From positions 32,571-96,570 of the forward strand of contig SCTX01000040.1 of NCBI GenBank assembly GCA_004298385.1: a DNA stretch of 64,000 bases. The letters are read 5' to 3'. Below, one piece after another: positions 46,877 through 53,853 of the stretch (its first letter is position 1; each line of letters begins with the position of its first letter). Source of the stretch: Betaproteobacteria bacterium (GTDB lineage: Bacteria; Pseudomonadota; Gammaproteobacteria; Burkholderiales; SG8-39). A program made the translations under genes and the position numbers. The notes under the pieces are model-generated. The model searched no databases. It was not told where the DNA came from and saw only the letters and a program-made list of their open reading frames with translations.

Positions 46877-46895
46877 GCGTTCAAGGCGTGAACGC
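46877..46895. promoter_or_regulatory. Palindrome directly upstream of the MarR gene (candidate auto-operator)
   Basis: gcgttca-aggcg-tgaacgc, 13 nt from the start codon; conserved in the duplicated copy at 48036-48054. A second IR cggatt-N8-aatccg lies at 46895-46914. Confidence 0.3.
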
Positions 46896-47161
46896 GGATT
46901 AGAGAACGAATCCGGGGGGATGTCAATTGGCAGGGGGTTGCTTGCGGCGTGCCTTAAAACGTACCCTCATTGCGATCGACGTGATATGCACGCGGGGTGA
47001 ACTCCTTTGCACCATGAAATACTCCCTAACCCGCGCCCAGTAAGGCTAAGGCTTATCAGGACCCCAATTCAACTGCCGTTTAGTGGTTGATAGATTGGCT
47101 ATTTGGTGCTATGGTGTTTTGGTGCAACTGTCCTACTTTGCACGCTTAATGGAGAAAACGA

Positions 47162-47410
47162 ATGAGCAGGCTGACTATCACGCTGGACGATTCACTGCAT
47201 CAGGCGCTGAAAGAAGCATCGGCAAGGCAGGGGCGCTCGATTGCGAAGATTATTGAGGAGGGACTGTTGCTTCGCGGAATCAAACCGGTGGAAAGCGCAA
47301 GGCATCTGGTGGCGCGTGCGCGTTTGCAATCGCGTCTCAGCGAAGAGGATGCGGTGAACCTGGCGGTCGAGGAAACGCGGGCCGAGAGGAAGTCTGAAAG
47401 GGCTGCTTGA
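47162..47410 (+). CDS. RHH (CopG/VapB-like) antitoxin
   Basis: 'MSRLTITLDDSLHQALKEASARQGRSIAKIIEEGL'. Confidence 0.7.
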   Translation: MSRLTITLDDSLHQALKEASARQGRSIAKIIEEGLLLRGIKPVESARHLVARARLQSRLSEEDAVNLAVEETRAERKSERAA

Positions 47411-47838
47411 TGCCGCCGGTGTTCATTGTCGATACCAATGTGGTGGTTGCGGCGCTGATCACGTCGCAGGTCGAGAGCCCCACCGCCAGGCTATTGGATG
47501 CGATGGTGAATGGCCGCCTGATTTATCTGTTGTCGCCGGCATTGCTTGGCGAGTATCGGGCCGTCTTGTTGCGGCCGCGTCTTATCCGCGCGCATGGGCT
47601 GGCGGAAGCCGAGATTGATACATTGCTGACGGAACTTACCGCCAATGCCATCTGGCGGGAGCCGCCCGCGGACGCCGAGCATCAGGCGCCTGACCCGAAT
47701 GACGCGCATTTGTGGGCGCTTCTGGCGTGCGAACCCGCTGCCGTGCTGGTGACGGGCGACCTATTGCTTCTGGATAATCCGCGCCCGGGCAGGTCGCTGA
47801 TTTCTCCGGCCACATGGGCTGGCGATCTGGTGGATTGA
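47407..47838 (+). CDS. PIN-domain toxin (VapC-like)
   Basis: 'VFIVDTNVVVAAL', 'DPNDAHLWALL', 'LVTGDLLLL'; ATGA overlap with the antitoxin. Confidence 0.75.
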   Translation: MMPPVFIVDTNVVVAALITSQVESPTARLLDAMVNGRLIYLLSPALLGEYRAVLLRPRLIRAHGLAEAEIDTLLTELTANAIWREPPADAEHQAPDPNDAHLWALLACEPAAVLVTGDLLLLDNPRPGRSLISPATWAGDLVD

Positions 47839-47840
47839 AG

Positions 47841-48023
47841 TCACAGTACGATGAAAAATTTCATCAGGAAGCGAGAGGCAGTTCTTTCGCGCGCGAGATC
47901 GCGCTGGCTCAGCTCGGGCCTGGCTTCGATCAGCCGCAGCAGGCGCAGATGGGTGTCTTCCATGGGCCGCTCAATCATGGCGGGCTGATTGGGGTCGGCG
48001 GCGTTTTGGAGTATGGAAACCAT
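47841..48023 (-). pseudogene. Duplicated 5' fragment of the MarR-EPS gene fused to a DUF433-tail/DUF5615-head junction
   Basis: '[46 protein letters not shown]' then 'RTASRFLMKFFIVL*'. 47848-47888 matches 45005-45045. Confidence 0.7.
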
Positions 48024-48190
48024 GGTCAGTTGTGTGCGTTCAAGTCGTGAACGCGGATTAGAGAACGAATCCGGGGGGATGTCAATTGGCAAGCGGTTAT
48101 CGTTGGGGGGCGAAGTAAGGGCCTTCATGACCCGCTCCCCACCAGCCACACCCATTTAAGGCAAAGACACCCGTAATTCGACAGAACTGT

Positions 48191-48424
48191 TCACGGATGT
48201 GGCGTGATCGCGATGATCGTTATCTCGCTCTTCCTTGGACCGTAGCACCGGAAGACGCGGTAGGCACCGGGTGTGTGGTTCTGAACGTATGCCTCGAAGA
48301 CCTTCGTGTCAGGATCGTAGGGATTCTCGATCGAGTTGTATTATTCGTGGGTCTTGAGGCCCGGGTGGCGAGGGTTGCCGGCCCGCTTTCCCGGTTCCAT
48401 CGTGATGATGTTGCGGTAGTCCAT
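48191..48424 (-). pseudogene. Decayed remnants: DUF433-like 5' piece and RelE/ParE-like 3' piece
   Basis: 'MDYRNIITMEPGKRAGNPRHPGLKTHE*' followed in the same frame by 'YNSIENPYDPDTKVFEAYVQNHTPGAYRVFRCYGPRKSEITIIAITPHP*'. Confidence 0.3.
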
Positions 48425-48566
48425 GACTGCGCCTTCGAGAACCTGTTGCCGCTCATCTTACCCGAGAAGCGAATTGCGCGAAATCGGTTCCAATAGCGGT
48501 TAGTGCTCAAGGGCGCGTCCTACGCGGGCCGCTTCGCCGGTGGGTGTGGCTGTTCTATGACTCCGG

Positions 48567-49709
48567 CTACATCTTTTGACTGCCTCGCCGGCCGGGCTTT
48601 GCTGACTGACGCTTTTGGCGGGCTTGCTCTTTTTGCATGAATTCGTCGAGCCGTTGTTCAAAACCCTGTGCCCGGTCCACCGGGACGAGCAGCGGCATGG
48701 TGGCGGAGGCGTTGATCAACGCATAGTTATAGGCGGGGTTCAATGCCTTGAACTCCTCGAACCGCATTTGGGCGAACCGCGCCGCCTGGGCCAGGTCGAC
48801 CTTGGCCGATCTCGCCACCACGGTGAAGTATCTCAGGTTCGGCACTGCGGGCAGTGCGACTTGGAACGATGATGGACTCATCACGATCTGTTTCACCGCC
48901 ATCAGCCGCGGGACGTAGTTGCGCGTTTCGGCGGGCAGTTGCAGGCTCGCAAAATCCGCGGGAAGCCCTTTGGCGCGGTTGCGCTCGATCGCACGCGCGA
49001 TCTGGTCCTCACCCCAGTTGTAGGCGGCAAGCGCCAGATGCCAGTCGCCGAACTGCAAGTGCAGGTCTTGCAGGTAGTCGAGCGCGGCGGTGGTCGAAGC
49101 GACGATGTCGCGGCGGGCATCGTAGTCGTTGTTCTGCGGCAGCTTGTAGCGGCTCGCGGTGCCGGGAATAAACTGCCACAGCCCGGAGGCCTGCGCCGGG
49201 GACAGCGCGAACGGGTCGAAGCCGCTTTCGACGAAAGGCAGCAGCGCAAGTTCCGTCGGCATGCCGCGCTTCTCGATTTCTTCGATGATATGGAACAGGT
49301 AATAGCGGCTGCGCTCGAGGATTTTCGTCACCCGCTCGGGGTGCGATGCGTACCAGGCTTCGGACTGCGCTGCTTCCTTGCTCTCGATTCGTGGCAGCGC
49401 GAAGCCGGCGCGGATGCGGTCCCAGACGTCGGCGAAATGGAGTTTGGCGTTGCGCGGGTCGTTGGGGTCCGGGAGGAAATTTAGGACCAAGGCGGGAAGT
49501 TGCGCTTCGTTTGTGTTTGCCTTAGCGTCTTGCGGCTGCGCTTCGGGAGAAGCGACCGGACGCAGCGCGGCTAGTTCGGGGTCAGGAGTTACGTTGAGGA
49601 AGGGGGACGCGAAAGAGAGCGACGACGCGCATATTAGAAGTACGATTGAAAATCGTGAGAATAGGTGACAAGCTCTCCCCTCCCTTGCAGGGCGCGCGTC
49701 CCGCTGCAT
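48567..49709 (-). CDS. Lytic transglycosylase (MltD-like SLT domain)
   Basis: 'LALLPFVESGFDPFALSPAQASGLWQFIPGTA', 'AAYNWGEDQIARAI'. The only in-frame ATG (49709) lies inside REP copy B, so the start is uncertain; hydrophobic 'FSIVLLICASSLSFASP' follows. Confidence 0.7.
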   Translation of the reverse strand: MQRDARPAREGRACHLFSRFSIVLLICASSLSFASPFLNVTPDPELAALRPVASPEAQPQDAKANTNEAQLPALVLNFLPDPNDPRNAKLHFADVWDRIRAGFALPRIESKEAAQSEAWYASHPERVTKILERSRYYLFHIIEEIEKRGMPTELALLPFVESGFDPFALSPAQASGLWQFIPGTASRYKLPQNNDYDARRDIVASTTAALDYLQDLHLQFGDWHLALAAYNWGEDQIARAIERNRAKGLPADFASLQLPAETRNYVPRLMAVKQIVMSPSSFQVALPAVPNLRYFTVVARSAKVDLAQAARFAQMRFEEFKALNPAYNYALINASATMPLLVPVDRAQGFEQRLDEFMQKEQARQKRQSAKPGRRGSQKM

Positions 49710-49923
49710 CCTCCAAGGGGACTTCCTTCGGGGCGTCGGGACGCCGCTCGGCGAGCGGGCAGCATGTTGCCCGAAACCCTCGCCTCGCCCCCGGCCCTCT
49801 CCCCGCAAGCGGGGCGATGGAGAAGAACACCGTCGTTCCGGAGAGCGCTGTGAGGAAATATCTTTCTGCGACCAGCGGCGCGCGAGGAGGGTCTCCTCCT
49901 CTCCCCGCAAGCGGGGCAAGGAG
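49672..49923. repeat. Composite REP-like element, copy B (a-b-c plus an extra c hairpin)
   Basis: 49700-49819 is collinear with copy A; a second 'ctccccgcaagcggggc' hairpin lies at 49893-49923. Confidence 0.7.
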
Positions 49924-49985
49924 ACGCACTTAGGCGAGCTGGGCGAGGGAGTTTGTATGGCACTCGTGCGGTCTTGGCGCATCGC

Positions 49986-51383
49986 TCAGAACTTTCCGAA
50001 TTTCAACTTGCCGAAGGGGTCGCCGTCGCGCTCGAGGATTTTCATCAATCGCTGGATCACTTGATTGGCTTCGGCGTGGCCGCGTTCGGCGGCTTTTGCG
50101 TACCATTCCAGCGCGAGGCGGCTGTCTCGTTTCACGCCCAGCCCTTCGTCGTGGAGAACGGCAATCCGGTACAGCGCCTCGGGGTATCCGGCGTCGGCGG
50201 CGCGCTCGTAGCGGCGCAGCGCTTGTGCGTAGTCTCGCTCGACGCCCTTGCCCGCTTCGTAGAGCAGCCCAAGGCGCAAGTCGGCGTTGCGCCAACCCGC
50301 GGCGGACGCTTTTTCGTACCATGCGGACGCCTCCCTGGGCGAGCGCAACACGGGCGGACCTTCGTCGAGCAATATCGCCAGGCGCAGCCCGGCTTCTGCA
50401 TCGCCGCGTATCGCCGCTTCGCGGTACCAGCGAACCGCTGCATGCGGATCTTTGGCGGCGCCGACGCCATATTCCAGGAACGATCCAACCACTCGCTCGG
50501 CCGCAGGCAATCCCGCGTATGCGGCGGCCATGGCTAACCGCATCGCGCGGGGCTCGTCGGCGGCTTTGAATCCGTCTCCGGCAAGCTGCAATGCAAGCAG
50601 GTGCTGCGCCAGAGGATTGCCTTGCGCGGCCGACTTTTCGATCCAAGCTATTCCTTGAACCGGGTCGCGCGCGACGCCCTTGCCTTCGTAGAGCGCCTTG
50701 CCCAGCTTGTATTGGGCCATGTCGTGCCCACCCTGCGCGGCTTTTTCATACCACTCAAGCGCAGCCGCCGGTTTGGGCACATTCTGTTCCGGCGCATTGG
50801 CCGCGCGCTCGCGCAATGCCACATTCGGCACACCCTGTTCCGGCGCAATGGTCCCGCTCTCGTATAGAAGACCGACGTGATAGGCCGCGATTCCACTTCC
50901 CGCTGCCGCCGCCTTGGTGTACCAGCTTAGGGCCTGTTCGATGCTGCGCTGCACCCCCCGGCCTTCCTGGTAGAGCCGGCCGAGGTTGTACTGCGCTTCG
51001 CCATCGCCCGCGGCGGCGGCACGTTCGTACCAGAACGCCGCTTCCTGCTCGTTCTTCGCCACGCCGAGCCCGTTCTCCAGCATGAAGCCGAAAGCGTTTT
51101 GCGCGCCCGCATGGCTTTTGGTGGCCGCGCGCTTGAAGAGACCGGCCGCTTGCTCATGGTCCCTGCGCACGAGCTTTCCCTCGAAGGCCAGCGTTGCAAG
51201 ACGATAAAGGGATTCGGGGTCGTGGCGTTCGGCGGCTTGCTTGAGGCGCTCGAGCGTGACGGCGCCGCCTTCAGCAGTTGGGCTGACAATGGCTTCCGTC
51301 ATATCTGGCGTTGCCGCGGCCGCGAGGAATGGCTGCCCGAGAAATAGGACTGCGACTACTGCAATGTTGCGAAAATACAACAT
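49986..51383 (-). CDS. Sel1-repeat periplasmic protein (right copy)
   Basis: Start set at 'MLYFRNIAVVAVLFLGQPFLAAAATP' (the ORF extends to 51449). It has about 10 Sel1-type units, e.g. 'A..WY.KAA..G...AQY.LG..Y..G.GV..D'. Confidence 0.75.
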   Translation of the reverse strand: MLYFRNIAVVAVLFLGQPFLAAAATPDMTEAIVSPTAEGGAVTLERLKQAAERHDPESLYRLATLAFEGKLVRRDHEQAAGLFKRAATKSHAGAQNAFGFMLENGLGVAKNEQEAAFWYERAAAAGDGEAQYNLGRLYQEGRGVQRSIEQALSWYTKAAAAGSGIAAYHVGLLYESGTIAPEQGVPNVALRERAANAPEQNVPKPAAALEWYEKAAQGGHDMAQYKLGKALYEGKGVARDPVQGIAWIEKSAAQGNPLAQHLLALQLAGDGFKAADEPRAMRLAMAAAYAGLPAAERVVGSFLEYGVGAAKDPHAAVRWYREAAIRGDAEAGLRLAILLDEGPPVLRSPREASAWYEKASAAGWRNADLRLGLLYEAGKGVERDYAQALRRYERAADAGYPEALYRIAVLHDEGLGVKRDSRLALEWYAKAAERGHAEANQVIQRLMKILERDGDPFGKLKFGKF

Positions 51384-51648
51384 AGGAGATTTCCGCCGGC
51401 AATCGTCTCTGTACCGTTTTGCCATAGTCTGAAATCGTGACCGCTCCATCTATGGCCGCTCATTCTTGTCAGCTTACCACAGGCATTATTATGGTTGCCG
51501 TGGGAAACGTTAAATTAGGCGAAGTTCTGGATACTTTACTTTTTACGCGAAATGTGTCTAATATGTTATTGAGATCGTTGTCATTTTATTGAGACGTGCG
51601 GAGGTGGGTGAAAGGCTTCCCCCTCATCCTAGCCCTCTCCCCGCAAGC

Positions 51649-51747
51649 GGGGCGAAGGAACATGGCGTCTCTGCCGACAAACGGGGTAAGGGAACATGAC
51701 GTCACTGCCGACAAAAGTGGGGCGAGGAAACATGACGTTATTTCCGG
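51649..51747. repeat. ~35-bp tandem repeat, 2.8 copies, in the divergent promoter region
   Basis: Units start at 51649, 51683 and 51719: ggggcgaaggaacatggcgtctctgccgacaaac / ggggtaagggaacatgacgtcactgccgacaaaagt / ggggcgaggaaacatgacgttatttcc. Unit 2 contains the palindrome tgacgtca. Confidence 0.6.
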
Positions 51748-51912
51748 TATGCAAAGGGAGGAACAGTTTAGCTTCCCACAAAGCTTTTAATTGCATAGAA
51801 TATCTGTCCTCCTGAAGAATAAGAAGAAACTGAGTACTGAATTTTTATTGCGCATGTCGCATGTATATTAAGGCTTGCAATAGCAAGAGGTCGACGAGAT
51901 CGCGTACGGAGA

Positions 51913-53151
51913 ATGAAAATGCTGACAACAAATTCGCTTGTGACACGCCGGATGTTTTCGAAGTTCGGATTCTTGCTGAGTGCATTGGCCGCGAACGCGA
52001 TCGCGCAGAGTCCTCCGGGCTCGATCCCTGTCGGGCCGATGTTCGCTTACCCGGAACTGGAAGTTGCCGCCAAGAGGGACAGCAATATCGCGCTCGTGCC
52101 GGACGCGCTGCGCAAAGCGGACACGATCTGGTACCTGCGCCCCACGGTGCGCCTAGAAGCCAAACAAGGGGTCAACATTTACGACGTGGGTTATCGCGGC
52201 GAATACGGCCGCTTTGACAGCCAGAAGACCGACGATTTCGAGAACCACGATTTCTTTGCGAACGCGAACGTGACGCTCGATGCGCGAAACAACGTCAAGC
52301 TCGGGGTCCAATATCTGGACAAAGTGGATCCGCGCGGTACCCTGAATCTGGCCGCTACGCCGACGCCGAACCAGTACCGCCAGCCCATCGTCACGGGGCT
52401 GTACACCTACGGCGCCGAAGATGCCAAAGGGAAACTGGAATTGAAAGGCGGCTACTATGACAAGCGTTACGTCAACAATCGCGATTTGGGGACCTCTGCG
52501 CTCGACCACACCAATACCGACTATGGCGGCACCTTCCTTTGGAGGGTGATGCCGAAAACCTACGCCACCTTCAATCTCCGCCAGGAAATCTACGACTACA
52601 AGCAATCGACGGTTACCCTGGACAGCACGAACACCTACGCACTCGTCGGTCTACGCTGGGAGGCTACTGCGGCCACATCGGGCAGGTTCTCGCTAGGCAA
52701 TCTGAGGAAGAAATTCGACGCGGCCGGACAAAACGCCGGGCGCCGCGACTTCTCTGGGTTTGCGTGGACGGGCGGGATCAACTGGAAACCGCTGCGCTAT
52801 TCCAGCGTCGATTTCAATACGCAGCGCAATGCTAACGACTCCACCGGTTTGGGAAATTTCACCATCAACCAGACCTATCAACTCGGTTGGACGCATGCCT
52901 GGACTAGCCGCGTCAGCTCGAATGTGACGGGAAGCTATTCGAACGACAAGTTCAACGCAGCGCCCGTCGCGGCCGCCGGTGGCGCCGACCGGGAAGACAG
53001 CACCAAATCCATAGGGCTGGGCCTCACTTATAGCGTACAGCGCTGGCTGAAAGTCGGCGCCGACTATACCCATGGCTTGCGCGACTCCAATGACAACAAC
53101 TTCGATTACAGGCGCAACCAGTTGATGTTCTTCCTTCGGGGCACGCTGTAG
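51913..53151 (+). CDS. Outer-membrane beta-barrel protein, EPS-export associated (right copy)
   Basis: Signal peptide 'FGFLLSALAANAIAQS'; paralogue of 2983..4269; start at 51913 or 51919. Confidence 0.6.
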   Translation: MKMLTTNSLVTRRMFSKFGFLLSALAANAIAQSPPGSIPVGPMFAYPELEVAAKRDSNIALVPDALRKADTIWYLRPTVRLEAKQGVNIYDVGYRGEYGRFDSQKTDDFENHDFFANANVTLDARNNVKLGVQYLDKVDPRGTLNLAATPTPNQYRQPIVTGLYTYGAEDAKGKLELKGGYYDKRYVNNRDLGTSALDHTNTDYGGTFLWRVMPKTYATFNLRQEIYDYKQSTVTLDSTNTYALVGLRWEATAATSGRFSLGNLRKKFDAAGQNAGRRDFSGFAWTGGINWKPLRYSSVDFNTQRNANDSTGLGNFTINQTYQLGWTHAWTSRVSSNVTGSYSNDKFNAAPVAAAGGADREDSTKSIGLGLTYSVQRWLKVGADYTHGLRDSNDNNFDYRRNQLMFFLRGTL

Positions 53152-53287
53152 CAAAAGCCCGGAAAATTGCTCTAAAATAACTGTTGTTGGTTATTGGCGC
53201 ACCTTGGGCGGGTGGGGCGGCGGGGTTTGTTTGGGCCGACCCGACCGCTCGTCAATGCGGTCTAATTAGGACATTCGAAGTAACACC

Positions 53288-53842
53288 ATGGGGCGACGCG
53301 TTTGGTACGTACTTGCCATAGGCTTGTTGGTCTTTTTGCCGAGGCTGGTGCATGCGCAGGCGGGCGATGATCTGCTGTCGCGCTATCGCCTGGCGTCGGG
53401 GGACGTCATTTCCATCTATGTGCTCGGCGAAGAAGAGCTCAAACGCGAAAAAGTGCGCCTCACCGACGCCGGCACCATCCAGTATGCCGTGCTCGGCGAA
53501 ATCCGCATCAAGGGGCTGACCGCGGGGGAACTGGAGCAGAAGATCACTTCCGGCCTCATCGAAAAACGCTATCTCCTGACTCCCAAGGTCAGCGTCAGCA
53601 TCGACGAATACCGCCCGTTTTTCATCAACGGCGAAGTGTACAAGCCCGGCGGCTATCCTTATGTTCCCGGGCTCACAGTGCTCAAGGCGGTATCGATCGC
53701 CGGGGGATTCAAGGATCGCGCATCCAAGAGAAACATGTTCGTGGTGCGCGACGGCGCCGCGAACGAACAGCGCAAGAAAGTGGAACTGGACACCGCGATC
53801 TATCCGGGCGATATCCTGACGGTCGAAGAAAGCTTCTTTTAG
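53288..53842 (+). CDS. Short Wza-like polysaccharide export (OPX) periplasmic protein (right copy)
   Basis: 'VLAIGLLVFLPRLVHAQAG' signal with no Cys (no lipobox); 'IDEYRPFFINGE', 'PGDILTVEESFF'. Confidence 0.8.
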   Translation: MGRRVWYVLAIGLLVFLPRLVHAQAGDDLLSRYRLASGDVISIYVLGEEELKREKVRLTDAGTIQYAVLGEIRIKGLTAGELEQKITSGLIEKRYLLTPKVSVSIDEYRPFFINGEVYKPGGYPYVPGLTVLKAVSIAGGFKDRASKRNMFVVRDGAANEQRKKVELDTAIYPGDILTVEESFF

Positions 53843-53853
53843 CAAAGCCAAAC

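Noticed and set aside
49710-49982. Upstream 91 codons of ORF 48567..49982
   Set aside because: This part is composed entirely of REP modules, so the extension is not credible as coding. The gene is called from 49709 with a caveat.
51649-51747. CRISPR array
   Set aside because: There are only 2.8 contiguous units with no unique spacers between them, the units are diverged, and no cas genes are present.
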